Positions 49,555 to 59,787 of a DNA stretch of 64,000 nt are shown here, one piece after another. Position 1 is the stretch's first letter; every line of letters starts with the position of its first letter. Origin of the DNA: an uncultured Candidatus Saccharibacteria bacterium (GTDB taxonomy: Bacteria > Patescibacteriota > Minisyncoccia > Phycocordibacterales > JACOZG01); the NCBI GenBank assembly GCA_964648765.1, contig CAZYLF010000003.1, positions 41,676 through 105,675 of the forward strand. The letters run 5' to 3'. The notes beneath the pieces were generated by a model. The model was not told the DNA's origin. It did no database searches and saw only the letters and a program-made list of their open reading frames with translations. The translations under genes and the position numbers were made by a program.

Positions 49555-50775
49555 TTAAATAGGTAAATTAGTTGGTGGTTCACCGCGCTTCGACTCAATG
49601 TGAGCAAGTGATGGAGTCTTGGCCACCTCGCCAGGGAAGTGATAAATAGTGGCCAGCTCCTCGCTATTTAGCACAAAAGGTTTACGGAGCGCAGGTGGAT
49701 AAAAAGCCCCACGCCTCACATAAGCCTCAAACATTCCCTTTTTTTCTTTTGCCAATCTCCAGCCCAGTGGATCCTGCCAAGGAAAGTCAAAACTAGTCTT
49801 CTTCCCTGGTTTAAAGCCGTTCAAGTGTAACGAACCGTACTGTTTAAAAGTACTCATGATCCCCACCTGATTAGCTGCGTTAAACTTACCATCACGAGCA
49901 AGATACACTGCCCTAATACAACAATCAAAACCGAGTTTGGACACACTCCTCTCCACGGCCTCCACAATCTCACGCTGGCCCGGAGATAACATTAGAGCAC
50001 CGAAGTTTGCGCCCTCTTCCAACTTCTTATCACGATTCATTAGCTTATCAACTAACTTTTCGCTATCTTTGCGCCAATTTTGCTTACCAAACCAAGAACC
50101 CATAATCGGGTAACGATCTTTAGTTTGCTGAATTATGATCTGAATCCACACTTGCTCACCTGGACCAATTGAACCTAAGTACTCAATCATAGGAGTCATT
50201 GGATCAACTTTGAATTCTTCTTTGGGATCCTTATCCATGCCGTAGTCTACATAAGTCTTGATTGGATATGCATCTTCTTTTGAAAGTTCAAACTCCACGC
50301 CCCAGAGTGCCCACTTAACATTAGGGTCGCCATAAGCTACATCTCGAGTGTAATCCTCAACCTCGTAAATCTCAATTTCTGGATACTGAGAATAAAGACT
50401 CGCTTGCACTAAATTTTTAAAAAACTTTGGTACCCGGATTATAAATCTGATTGTCCCTTCAATAGAAATAAGTTCCAAAGAAAACCATGAGCGCACCACG
50501 CCCTGAGTGAGCCTAGTAAGCCAATTGCCCTCATAGCCCTGGTGGAAAATACCAAGAGCTACCTCCATTGCTTTTGGTGACTTACTTATTATTTTTGGTA
50601 ACTTAATTTCAAAATTTACCCAGGAAGTATTTTTGATAAAAACTGCACGAATGTAACGATACCAAAGTTGGTAAAGAGTATAGCCCAAAATGACCGGCGC
50701 CCAGTAGGGAGCATTGTAAACAATAGTATCAAATGCGAACCAAAAAGAATTTACGAATGCATCACTAAAGGGCAT
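49555..50775 (-). CDS. conserved CPR-type membrane-anchored hypothetical protein
   Basis: WFSLEL, YSQYP.IEI.E..DY, LN.EELATIYHFP motifs. Confidence 0.75.
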   Translation of the reverse strand: MPFSDAFVNSFWFAFDTIVYNAPYWAPVILGYTLYQLWYRYIRAVFIKNTSWVNFEIKLPKIISKSPKAMEVALGIFHQGYEGNWLTRLTQGVVRSWFSLELISIEGTIRFIIRVPKFFKNLVQASLYSQYPEIEIYEVEDYTRDVAYGDPNVKWALWGVEFELSKEDAYPIKTYVDYGMDKDPKEEFKVDPMTPMIEYLGSIGPGEQVWIQIIIQQTKDRYPIMGSWFGKQNWRKDSEKLVDKLMNRDKKLEEGANFGALMLSPGQREIVEAVERSVSKLGFDCCIRAVYLARDGKFNAANQVGIMSTFKQYGSLHLNGFKPGKKTSFDFPWQDPLGWRLAKEKKGMFEAYVRRGAFYPPALRKPFVLNSEELATIYHFPGEVAKTPSLAHIESKRGEPPTNLPI

Positions 50776-50821
50776 AGCCCCTTAATTCTACAACAAACTT
50801 TTTTTTGTGGCTATGAAGAAA

Positions 50822-51856
50822 CTAGGCAGAGACGTATTTACCTGACTTATCCTTTTTGAAGTATTTAGGATTTTTTAAGTTAACCAAAATAGTGTTGGGT
50901 TTAACGTGACGTTCTTTCATCACCTTCTCAAGCACCTCGGCTTCTGGAAGAGGACCTTCGGTTTGCAAAATGGCTTTGATTACATCACGAACAACTCCAC
51001 GAGTGTAACCCCACTCAGCAAGAGCATAAATACCACGACCCACGAGCACAAAACGCTTATCTTTAATTAATTCGTTATGACAAGTGGCTGGATTAGCCTT
51101 TTTATTAAAATTAGTTTGGATTGCCTTAGCCACCTCACGGAAATGCATCGGTGAACCATGTTTGCGGAGCACTAAGAAGGCGTAATCGCGGATACCGCGC
51201 ACGCGAACATTTGGTGATTTAGAAAGTCCCCACTCACCTACCGGACTCACGTCAATGTCTTTAGAAATCTTTAACCAACGCTTTGCACGCTCACGATCGC
51301 TCTCTGTGCGGCCAGGCACACCAAACTTTTTGAGCACCATCTCAATCATTTCAGGCTCAGGCAAAAGGGCGTCTTCATCAAGATCGTGACAAACTCCACG
51401 CAAACAATCCTCAATACGGTGAGCAAGCTCAGGGTCCACGGTCCAACGATGATGGAACTCCTCATCCTCTTTAAGCTTAGTAAACGCACCTCCGAGCACG
51501 AGTAAAAAGTGAGCATGATTTTGTGAGAGATCGTTGCCGTCTAAATGATTCAAAAATTCTTGTTCATGCACCACACCACCGTATTGCTCCATTACTTGTT
51601 TGAGCTCAGCAAGATAATGTTGAGAATCCTTAAAAACATCAGATTTACGAATAGTATTGAGAGTAAACTCTTCAATTTGACGTACGCGCTCACGGGTAAT
51701 TCCGTAGGTTTGACCAATGGCCTCAAGGGTCAAAGGTTGAGCATTTTCAAGGCCGTAGCGCTTTTTAATGATGTCTCTAGCGCGCTCTGGTAGAGCGCTT
51801 AAAAGCTTCTTGGATACCTCTTTTGGCTTAAATGTAAGTACTTCTTTAATCATCAT
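50822..51856 (-). CDS. sigma70 region-4 HTH plus C-terminal HARE-HTH (RpoE/delta-like) protein
   Basis: TLEAIG..YGITRERVRQIE; PMHFREVA, HNELI..KRFVLVGRG.YAL.EW. Confidence 0.8.
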   Translation of the reverse strand: MMIKEVLTFKPKEVSKKLLSALPERARDIIKKRYGLENAQPLTLEAIGQTYGITRERVRQIEEFTLNTIRKSDVFKDSQHYLAELKQVMEQYGGVVHEQEFLNHLDGNDLSQNHAHFLLVLGGAFTKLKEDEEFHHRWTVDPELAHRIEDCLRGVCHDLDEDALLPEPEMIEMVLKKFGVPGRTESDRERAKRWLKISKDIDVSPVGEWGLSKSPNVRVRGIRDYAFLVLRKHGSPMHFREVAKAIQTNFNKKANPATCHNELIKDKRFVLVGRGIYALAEWGYTRGVVRDVIKAILQTEGPLPEAEVLEKVMKERHVKPNTILVNLKNPKYFKKDKSGKYVSA

Positions 51857-51996
51857 AAAATTAATTAAAAATGTTTAATTACTCTATTTGTATCATTTCA
51901 CCATAAAAGAGTCAAGCATTTGACAACATGTATAAAAAAGGCCCACCTCCCAGAACACTCTGAGAAAGGTGGGCCCGAACGCAAGCACGACCGATT

Positions 51997-52197
51997 TTAG
52001 TGGAGATCAAGCTCAACAAGCAGTCGATCAGCAGAACCGCTGACCCGTTCAGGAGTCTCGTAAGTACCACTCAAAATTCCTTGTTGGGTTGAGTACACAA
52101 GACCCTTTCTGATCTTGTCCCTTTCTGAGCGTCTAACTCGACGAGTCTCCGTTTGTTTATCCGAGGGACGAACACTCCCACCCTTGTGACTACCCAT
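51997..52197 (-). CDS. small hypothetical protein
   Basis: AAGGAG SD, terminator at about 51935-51975. Confidence 0.45.
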   Translation of the reverse strand: MGSHKGGSVRPSDKQTETRRVRRSERDKIRKGLVYSTQQGILSGTYETPERVSGSADRLLVELDLH

Positions 52198-52257
52198 CGT
52201 CGTTTCTCCTTAAAGAACAATGAATTCCGCCAATAATCTACAGTACCCGCGAGTTAA

Positions 52258-54510
52258 CTAATTGTCAAACACAAAGTTGATAAGTCGGTTGGGTATAAAG
52301 ATTGTTTTTTTGATTGCTTTGCCGGCAAGCCACTTGCTTGCGACCTCTCGCTTTTGAGCTAAATCAGAAACTTCATTTTGAGTTAAAGTTGGAGAAACTA
52401 GAATTTCATCACGAACTTTGCCGTTAATTTGAATGATTATTTTCACCTCACCCAACGCCTCTTTTACTGCCTGAGCTTTTGGCCAGGCTTCGAGCGTAAT
52501 TGACGTTTTATGACCTAATTTATTCCACAATTCTTCAGCCAAGTGCGGAGCAAATGGCGAGATAATTTTTAAGAAAGTTTCAAAGGTTTTTAGAGAAACC
52601 GATTCTTCACTTTCCATCGCGTTCGCGAGAATCATCATCTGACTCACGCAAGTGTTGAACTTCATCGCTTCAATATCCTCCCCTACTTTTTTTACACATT
52701 GATTAAGCAGTGAATCTAGATTTTCGTTATTCGCCTTTGCTTTAATTTTAGAACTCACTCTCCAAACTTTTTCTAAAAACCTGCGCGTGCCCACCAAACC
52801 ATCTTCGTTCCAAGACGCGGTTTGCTCAAATGGACCAATAAACATTTCATACAGGCGGAGAGCGTCCGCGCCGAAGCGTTCCACCATCGTGTCAGGATTA
52901 ATCACATTGCCGCGAGATTTACTCATCTTCTGACCGTCTGGGGCTAGGATAAATCCGTGCGAAGTACGCTTCTGGTATGGCTCTCTACCTGGCACCAACT
53001 TTTGATCGTATAAAAATTTGTGCCAGAAGCGCGAGTAGAGCAAGTGGAGCGTGGTGTGCTCCATGCCACCGTTGTACCAATCTACAGGTTGCCAGTATTT
53101 TAATTTTTTGAAATCAGCAAAACTCTTTTTATTTTTCGGATCCGCATAGCGCAAATAATACCAAGATGAACCTGCCCAGTTTGGCATCACATCAGTCTCA
53201 CGCCTAGCCCAAGCTTTACACTTCGGGCATTTAACTTTAATCCACTTGTCGGCCTTCGCGAGTGGCGAATCGCCATTTTCCGTTGGTTTAAAGTCCTTAA
53301 CCTTCGGCAACTTTACTGGCAAATCCTTCTCCGGCACCGCTTGCCAGCCTTGACCCGCCTTGGCGTGGTTACAGCTCTCACAGTAAATTAAGGGTATCGG
53401 CTCACCCCAATAACGCTGCCGACTAAAAACCCAATCCCGGAGTTTATAAGTAGTAACTTTTTTTGCTCCAGTTTTAGCAAACACATCTTCAATACTTATT
53501 AAATCAAAATTCTTAATTGGGAGATTATATTTTTCAGCAAATACTTTATCTCGATCATCGGCTGCGGGCACGCCCATGATGGCGCCGGAGCCGACGCCTT
53601 CCATCACATATTCCGCCTCCCAAATTGGGATCTTCTCATTTGTGGCGGGGTTGATGGCATATTCACCCGTAAATTTATCTTGTTTACCTGCTTTCGCAAT
53701 AAATGTGGCACCATAAATAGTTTCAGGTCGAGTGGTGAATATTTGAATAGCTTCGTTAGCTTCAGAAGCTTTTGAAGCTACTCTCCTAAAGCCTATTTCC
53801 CATCCCTCCTTCCGTCCAATCCAATTCCTCTGACTCGTTTTTACGCGCTCGGGGTAATCCACCAAATCGAGATCTTTATCTAAGCGATCAGCATATTTAG
53901 TAATACCGAGCATCCACTGCTCCTTCTCCCGCTCTTCCACAGCACTGCCGCAACGCTCACACTTACCTGGCGCATCCTTATTTTCAGATGCAAGAACTTC
54001 CTCATTTGCCAAACCAATTTTGCACGATGGGCACCAGTTAATCTTCGCCTTCGCTTTATACGCCAAACCTTGTTTAAAAAATTGGAGGAAGATCCACTGC
54101 GTCCATTTATAATAAGCCGGGTCAGTTGTGTTGATCTCGCGTGACCAGTCGAAGGAGGTGCCAAGCAATTTAATTTGTCGACGGAAGTTATCAGAATTTT
54201 TTTTGGTGACAATCGCCGGCTGAATGCCAGTTTTAATTGCATAATTCTCAGTAGGCAAACCGAAAGCATCCCAACCCATGGGGTAAAGTACGTTGTAACC
54301 TTCCATGCGTCGTTTGCGAGCAATAATATCCAAGCCAATATAAGGTCGCGGATGTCCCACATGCAAACCATCACCAGATGGGTAAGGGAATTCTACTAAA
54401 GCATAATACTTCTTTTTCCCACCATCTTTAGCTTGGAAAAGTTTTTTACTTTCCCAATATTTTTGCCACTTCTTCTCAATCTTTTTTGGGTCGTATCCTT
54501 GCTCCTTCAT
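52258..54510 (-). CDS. leuS: leucyl-tRNA synthetase (compact)
   Basis: FPYPSG..LHVGH, SRQRYWG, KMSKS. Confidence 0.98.
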   Translation of the reverse strand: MKEQGYDPKKIEKKWQKYWESKKLFQAKDGGKKKYYALVEFPYPSGDGLHVGHPRPYIGLDIIARKRRMEGYNVLYPMGWDAFGLPTENYAIKTGIQPAIVTKKNSDNFRRQIKLLGTSFDWSREINTTDPAYYKWTQWIFLQFFKQGLAYKAKAKINWCPSCKIGLANEEVLASENKDAPGKCERCGSAVEEREKEQWMLGITKYADRLDKDLDLVDYPERVKTSQRNWIGRKEGWEIGFRRVASKASEANEAIQIFTTRPETIYGATFIAKAGKQDKFTGEYAINPATNEKIPIWEAEYVMEGVGSGAIMGVPAADDRDKVFAEKYNLPIKNFDLISIEDVFAKTGAKKVTTYKLRDWVFSRQRYWGEPIPLIYCESCNHAKAGQGWQAVPEKDLPVKLPKVKDFKPTENGDSPLAKADKWIKVKCPKCKAWARRETDVMPNWAGSSWYYLRYADPKNKKSFADFKKLKYWQPVDWYNGGMEHTTLHLLYSRFWHKFLYDQKLVPGREPYQKRTSHGFILAPDGQKMSKSRGNVINPDTMVERFGADALRLYEMFIGPFEQTASWNEDGLVGTRRFLEKVWRVSSKIKAKANNENLDSLLNQCVKKVGEDIEAMKFNTCVSQMMILANAMESEESVSLKTFETFLKIISPFAPHLAEELWNKLGHKTSITLEAWPKAQAVKEALGEVKIIIQINGKVRDEILVSPTLTQNEVSDLAQKREVASKWLAGKAIKKTIFIPNRLINFVFDN

Positions 54511-54645
54511 TTGGCCTAAACTATAACTTATTTTACTTTCTTTTTCGAGTTTATAAATTTATTGCTATTTTAGCAAAAAAGCGTATAGTATTTTCTGGAA
54601 GACCGGCAGTGAGCTGGTCAAAAAAGTATAGCGTCAAAATGGAGA

Positions 54646-54888
54646 TTGACGATGAGTGCACGAGGAAGTTGGGTTGGGTGGGAATTTACTCCCAAGGGTC
54701 ATCTTTTATGTCCAAGGTGTGCAACAGCATACAGAAAGAGAATCAACAGTATTATGGAGGAAGCTGAGGCTGATGCCTTTCTTGCTAAGATGATTCCGGT
54801 GGACCCAAACAAGCACATGCGATATGAAGATCACAAATGTTACGCGGGTAAATGTCCTAATCAACTCTCAATTTTGTCTGCGGCATAA
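54646..54888 (+). CDS. small Cys/His-containing hypothetical protein
   Basis: CPRC and HKC..KC; GGAG SD; terminator at about 54913-54941. Confidence 0.5.
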   Translation: MTMSARGSWVGWEFTPKGHLLCPRCATAYRKRINSIMEEAEADAFLAKMIPVDPNKHMRYEDHKCYAGKCPNQLSILSAA

Positions 54889-54942
54889 CAATTTAAAATG
54901 AAGTACCCACTGCCAGCGACACACGTGCCGCTGGTTTTTTTA

Positions 54943-55485
54943 TTATTCTTTAAGTTTTTTAACTCCTAGCCAAATCAAAACAGCCAGAGCCAACGCAAGT
55001 AAAATTACTTGCAGATAATCCTGCATCTCAGACCAATAACGCATTGAGCCGATGATAAATGAGAGCACTCCACCAAGCGAGAGACCGTAAGATACCGCCT
55101 GAGCGGTAATCCAAAAGCCAATAACGATAGAAGCCAACCCAAGAATAATTAAGACAATAAAGACGTTACGATTGTATGGTGCCTGCGCGTCCTCATAATC
55201 TTGTCTGCAAGTAAATATAGGGTCGCAATAACCAGTTTGAACTTGGGTCGGAATTGGTCGGGCAATATCCACACCAGGAGTAAGCGGCGGAGTTTCTGTC
55301 CATGATCCACCAGTGGCCACGCACTCCTTTTCATTCATTAATTTATTAACTTGTTGCTCAGGGCAAAAGTCATTCCACTCTGGTGATGGATAAAAAAGAT
55401 GGATTGAATAATTAAAAAATAAATTAAGCACCACCAAAATCGCAATTGTTAATATCCACTTTAAAAACTTAGGTGAATTGTTCAT
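54943..55485 (-). CDS. conserved 4-TM hypothetical protein with Cys-containing loop
   Basis: P.WNDFC...EC...GGSW...YCD....C pattern. Confidence 0.7.
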   Translation of the reverse strand: MNNSPKFLKWILTIAILVVLNLFFNYSIHLFYPSPEWNDFCPEQQVNKLMNEKECVATGGSWTETPPLTPGVDIARPIPTQVQTGYCDPIFTCRQDYEDAQAPYNRNVFIVLIILGLASIVIGFWITAQAVSYGLSLGGVLSFIIGSMRYWSEMQDYLQVILLALALAVLIWLGVKKLKE

Positions 55486-55579
55486 GTTGGACCTATTATA
55501 TCATAATGCATGATTTGTTTGACGAATTTGATCGTAAGTAGTAATTTATCATCAGTGTTCTTTTAAGAGGAGGAAACTG

Positions 55580-56125
55580 ATGGCAAACAACATAGATCGT
55601 TTTTGCACGTTACTTGAACAAGGTAAGATAAACAGAAATTTGCTCAACTCATGGGGTAGAAGTGGGTACAGCAATCCGTTACACGTCATTGAGCGTGTCG
55701 CAACAAAACAAAACAATCGTGAGTTTATCATGATCACAGTTTTTATCATGACTGTTGTTTTGTTCATTATTGAATCGTCTTCAGGCGACAAACCAAAATT
55801 AGATTTTTACCTTTTGTCATTTTGCCTCATGCTTTTTTTAGCAATGTTTAATTGGTGTGACCGCTACTATGCCTCGTGGCAAGCAAAAAACTTTCTTCAG
55901 GCTATTGAACGTCTTGAAAAAATTTTGGAGTTGCCCAATGGAGCTTGCACGGGTGATTATGGAATTGCCGAGCTCAAAACACTTGCTGAGAATATATATC
56001 ACCGCAAATGCCAGGAGGTGGATGAAGGTAAATGCGATGAAAGTGAAGCAAAAAATGTGATCAGCTATTTACGTGGATTTAAGCTGATCCAATTGGAAGA
56101 AGAGCAAACACCAGAATTGGCATAG
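55580..56125 (+). CDS. array gene 1: 2-TM protein
   Basis: GAGGAGG SD; similar to 59181 (ILELPNG vs ILVLPNG). Confidence 0.75.
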   Translation: MANNIDRFCTLLEQGKINRNLLNSWGRSGYSNPLHVIERVATKQNNREFIMITVFIMTVVLFIIESSSGDKPKLDFYLLSFCLMLFLAMFNWCDRYYASWQAKNFLQAIERLEKILELPNGACTGDYGIAELKTLAENIYHRKCQEVDEGKCDESEAKNVISYLRGFKLIQLEEEQTPELA

Positions 56126-56136
56126 AAAATCTCCCC

Positions 56137-56196
56137 GCGCGGTGGCACACCCATCGCGCTTTTTTTGTTTGACAAAGTAAAATTTAGGTGTAGTTT
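56137..56196 (+). repeat. terminator-promoter module, copy A
   Basis: GCGCGGTGG-N5-CCATCGCGC-T7-GT-TTGACA-N16-TAGTTT. Confidence 0.85.
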
Positions 56197-56252
56197 AAAA
56201 ATTAGATTGATTGTTGTTAGTCCAATCCGCTTTGAGCGGGAAAGGAAAGATT

Positions 56253-57020
56253 ATGTCACTTGGTCTTTTAAAGAAAAGTCGAGATGTTTATGGGCTTCCT
56301 TATTGTCTACTTTGGTTTTGGGTTGAACGCAAAAAGATTACACAGGAAAGTGGTGGGAACTTTTTAGCAAAGACAGAAAAGAAGTTGGTGAGGTCGTACC
56401 TGCTGATGGCGGTTGGAGGCGCCGTTTTCGCACTTTCAATTACCACACTCTTTCTCCTGGGTGGACCAAAAGTGGTGGATCAACAGTCCTTACCAGTAGG
56501 ATGGGTAAATTTTTTAGCCATGCTCCTGGGTGGAAGTAGTCTGGTTGTTGGCTTTATCGTGTTTTTCGATGTTTTGTTTAGCGGCGATGAGAGTGGTTTT
56601 CAAACAGACCTAGATAGGTTTATGGAATTTACCAGGACAGGCATCATAATGTTATCCCAAATGGGTAATAACGAGCTACGAGAACTCGTCGAAAAAACCC
56701 TGAACGAATCGGCCTACCAAGTCAAAACTGAGGAAAGGTTGATGGATGCCTATTTGCGAGAGGATCCAGAATACCTGATCCATCGCCTCAAAAAGATCCA
56801 ACTCCAAGACAAATTTGCCAGTGACTTTGTGTTCTTTGAGAGTCGGTTTGGTTTAATCAAGGGTGATCCAATTAAATTCCTAGCCGACAATAATCTCGGT
56901 AAGGGAATTAGCGTGACGGCAAAACCGGTGGACCCGCCACCTAAGACGATGAGTGCAGTCACCGGTGACGAAAAAGACGACCGAAAGATCAGGAGCCTAA
57001 TAGAAAGAGCTGATGAATAA
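56253..57020 (+). CDS. array gene 2: 2-TM protein
   Basis: AAGGA SD; paralog of 57246. Confidence 0.75.
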   Translation: MSLGLLKKSRDVYGLPYCLLWFWVERKKITQESGGNFLAKTEKKLVRSYLLMAVGGAVFALSITTLFLLGGPKVVDQQSLPVGWVNFLAMLLGGSSLVVGFIVFFDVLFSGDESGFQTDLDRFMEFTRTGIIMLSQMGNNELRELVEKTLNESAYQVKTEERLMDAYLREDPEYLIHRLKKIQLQDKFASDFVFFESRFGLIKGDPIKFLADNNLGKGISVTAKPVDPPPKTMSAVTGDEKDDRKIRSLIERADE

Positions 57021-57042
57021 AACACAATAATGAGTAGTCCTC

Positions 57043-57103
57043 GCGCGGTGGTTCATACCCACCGCGCTTTTTTGTTTGACAAAAATTAAAAGAGTAGTAG
57101 TTT
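57043..57103 (+). repeat. terminator-promoter module, copy B
   Basis: GCGCGGTGG-TTCATAC-CCACCGCGC-T6-GT-TTGACA-N16-TAGTTT. Confidence 0.85.
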
Positions 57104-57121
57104 AAATAACAGATCATAACT

Positions 57122-57233
57122 CAACGTAAGCTTGGCGTTGGGAAGAATGAAGTGTTTGGACTCTGGCCTGAAACCAGACCCAAACGGGACCTGAAATCCC
57201 CATTCTTAAAGTACAAGCATCTCCCGCAGGGAG
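57122..57233 (+). ncRNA. candidate structured 5'-UTR RNA (three-way junction, twin CCUGAAA loops)
   Basis: Manual pairing; details under findings. Confidence 0.5.
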
Positions 57234-57245
57234 AGAGGAGACGTT

Positions 57246-57968
57246 ATGTCATTAGATCTTTGTAAGATGGAGAAGAAAAGTTGGCAGATGCCACACATCC
57301 TACTTTGGATGTGGCTAGGGTATGGATTTGGAAAAAGAAAAGACCCCCTTAAAAAAATGAGGGAGAATTTCCAAATTGCTATTGCCGCATGTGGGCTGGG
57401 CGCAGGAATCCTTATCACGATGGTAGTGGTCTCAATTTCCGTTAAAACCAGTTCACCCCCAGTGATACCTAATCTGTATAATACGATTATGTTCATCGCC
57501 TTCATTGGATGCGCTCTTATTGCTGGAATATTCATAACTAAAAGCAGTACAGATAGTACGGGATTCTCAGATGCTCTGGAAAGATTCGCAAAAGAGGTTG
57601 CGAAGACTCCCGAATCACTTGCCGAAATGAGTAAGGCTGAGTTGTATAAGTTGGCAGAGTCTGTAATTTTTCTCAAAGCATGGAACATTAAAAGGACCGA
57701 GACTGAAATGGCAAAGTACCAAGAAGGTTCACATCAACGTAATGCGTTGCAGAACGAAAAGGAAGCACTTAAAGTAGAGCTAAGGGGAAAGGAAAGCTTC
57801 TTTGCTTTACAGTTTGGTTTGCACTTTGGATCACACGATCGATTCTTTAATGAGAATCCCCTTGCCTCAAACACGGCTCCCCTAACCCCAGAAGCGGCGG
57901 CGGCGTTTGCTAAAGCAGAAGCCGAATTGCAAACAACGCCAATTACGTCACAAGATAGTCTTGATTAG
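57246..57968 (+). CDS. array gene 3: 2-TM protein
   Basis: GAGGAG SD; followed by a different terminator at about 57977-58010. Confidence 0.75.
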   Translation: MSLDLCKMEKKSWQMPHILLWMWLGYGFGKRKDPLKKMRENFQIAIAACGLGAGILITMVVVSISVKTSSPPVIPNLYNTIMFIAFIGCALIAGIFITKSSTDSTGFSDALERFAKEVAKTPESLAEMSKAELYKLAESVIFLKAWNIKRTETEMAKYQEGSHQRNALQNEKEALKVELRGKESFFALQFGLHFGSHDRFFNENPLASNTAPLTPEAAAAFAKAEAELQTTPITSQDSLD

Positions 57969-58125
57969 TCACAGCCCGGCAGATTTCTTACGAAATCTGC
58001 CGGTTTTTTTATTTATTAAATCATGACTGGACAAAAACTAGTTTATTTGTTATAAACAAAAGCAGAGCTTAGGCACAAGCCGAGGCAAATTGGTCTCCAA
58101 ATCAACATTAAGAAAGGACATAAAC

Positions 58126-58569
58126 TTGAATTACGCTAAAAGAATCGTAAGGGCGTTTGATGACGGCAAAATTGATCAGCGGTTACTTGATTTATGGGCT
58201 AAAAACACAGGTGGAGCAAACCCTGTGGCAAGAGCCAAGCATTATCTTAAGGTCAGACGCATCGCCTGGGTAACCATCTCTTTGAATGCCATTGGCATGT
58301 TCGTAACTTTAGGTTGGCCATTCAGTAATCAAGGTGACTGGATGAAAGCAGTATCGATTACTTCAGTCGTCACCTGTTTGCTAACGCTGATGACCGTTCC
58401 ATTTCTTGGCTACCGGTCACCCAGTGTAAAAACCCTCCACATATTTATTTATGGCGATGATCATCATCCACCAAGTGAATGGTTGAGGGCGCTTGATGAA
58501 CTTCAAGCAGAGCGTGCTCGATTTAATGAATTCCAACGAAACAATTGGAAAGGAGCAAAAAGTGGATAA
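58126..58569 (+). CDS. array gene 4: 2-TM protein
   Basis: TTG start after AAGGA; paralog of 58562 (AK.IV.A.D.G.I...WAK.TG...P, GWPF). Confidence 0.7.
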   Translation: MNYAKRIVRAFDDGKIDQRLLDLWAKNTGGANPVARAKHYLKVRRIAWVTISLNAIGMFVTLGWPFSNQGDWMKAVSITSVVTCLLTLMTVPFLGYRSPSVKTLHIFIYGDDHHPPSEWLRALDELQAERARFNEFQRNNWKGAKSG

Positions 58570-59059
58570 CGCGAAACAGATTGTTAAGGCTTGGGACAAT
58601 GGAGAGATCCATTATTTCATCCCTGAAGCTTGGGCAAAAGCAACAGGAAAAACTGACCCAATCGCCCTAGCAAGATTCATGATCTCAACTCGGTGTTGGA
58701 TGTGGCCAACGGCAATAATCAGCATATTGGCAATTTTTACCTTTGTTGGTTGGCCGTTTGATAGTGATGGGACATTCTTTAAGGCCGGGCCTATTACCCT
58801 ATTTTCGGCCTATCTTATCCTCGGCATGATTGCCTTGCCTATCATGGGCTACACAGCGCTTGATGACTTTATCGATTTACTTGAAAAGTCTAAGCATAGT
58901 GAGGAAATGCAAAGGCTACTGGCAGAAATCACACGCACAAAAGCAGTCTACGAGCGAGAACTGAGCAAATCGCGTCACAAGCGGAGATTGAGTAAGTCTA
59001 GAATTCGCCGACGTCCGCGCCGCAAGCGTCGGGTCCGTTCAAAAATGTCGAGGTCTTAA
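58562..59059 (+). CDS. array gene 5: 2-TM protein with Arg-rich tail
   Basis: GTG start after AAGGAG; overlaps the stop of gene 4. Confidence 0.7.
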   Translation: MDNAKQIVKAWDNGEIHYFIPEAWAKATGKTDPIALARFMISTRCWMWPTAIISILAIFTFVGWPFDSDGTFFKAGPITLFSAYLILGMIALPIMGYTALDDFIDLLEKSKHSEEMQRLLAEITRTKAVYERELSKSRHKRRLSKSRIRRRPRRKRRVRSKMSRS

Positions 59060-59070
59060 TATTTCTCCCC

Positions 59071-59130
59071 GCGCGATGGCTTACCCCATCGCGCTTTTTT
59101 ATTTGACTAAATAATATATGATGGTAGTTT
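59071..59130 (+). repeat. terminator-promoter module, copy C
   Basis: GCGCGATGG-N6-CCATCGCGC-T6-AT-TTGACT-N16-TAGTTT. Confidence 0.85.
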
Positions 59131-59180
59131 GTTTACTGGGGATAATGATCTTCGTAAGTCAAAAACTGAAAGGAACAAAA

Positions 59181-59774
59181 ATGAAAATTGTAGACCAGAT
59201 CCGTGACCTAGCGAACAAAAAGAAAGTTAATCAATCTCTAGTCACGCAGTGGATACAAAACAACAAAGCCCCTAACCCCAACCCATTTTTAGTCCTGGAA
59301 GACTATAGAAACGGGATAAGACTTGCTTGGATATTAATGTGTGCGGCACTTTTGGGACTAGGGATTATGCTGCATAGTATGTACATCTTGAACGCTAAAC
59401 CAGAAATGTGGGTTTTTGTTGTTTTAGCAATAATGACAATACTTCCACTACTAAGTCTGGGACTAACTTACACAGCCTTGAGATTATTTCTTCCTTATCT
59501 TGAAAAATTTGTGAAGGATGTTGAGATTCTTGATACAATTTTGGTTCTACCAAACGGCACAAGTGATTTAACTTTTGAAGAAATTCAGGAAAGAGCTGCA
59601 CCGATTTTGAGAGAACTAAAACTAGGAATCAAAGAAGAGTTCGCCTCCCTGGATAGCTCCTTGATGCACTTTAAAGGATTTGGCACTTTGGATATCCTTC
59701 GCTGTTTTCATGCCTTTGGTTTGTATAAGATTGGAGAAGAACCGGTAATCTTGTACGGGATAAGGGAGAAATAG
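59181..59774 (+). CDS. array gene 6: 2-TM protein
   Basis: AAGGA SD; paralog of 55580. Confidence 0.75.
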   Translation: MKIVDQIRDLANKKKVNQSLVTQWIQNNKAPNPNPFLVLEDYRNGIRLAWILMCAALLGLGIMLHSMYILNAKPEMWVFVVLAIMTILPLLSLGLTYTALRLFLPYLEKFVKDVEILDTILVLPNGTSDLTFEEIQERAAPILRELKLGIKEEFASLDSSLMHFKGFGTLDILRCFHAFGLYKIGEEPVILYGIREK

Positions 59775-59787
59775 TGTACTTGCAATC

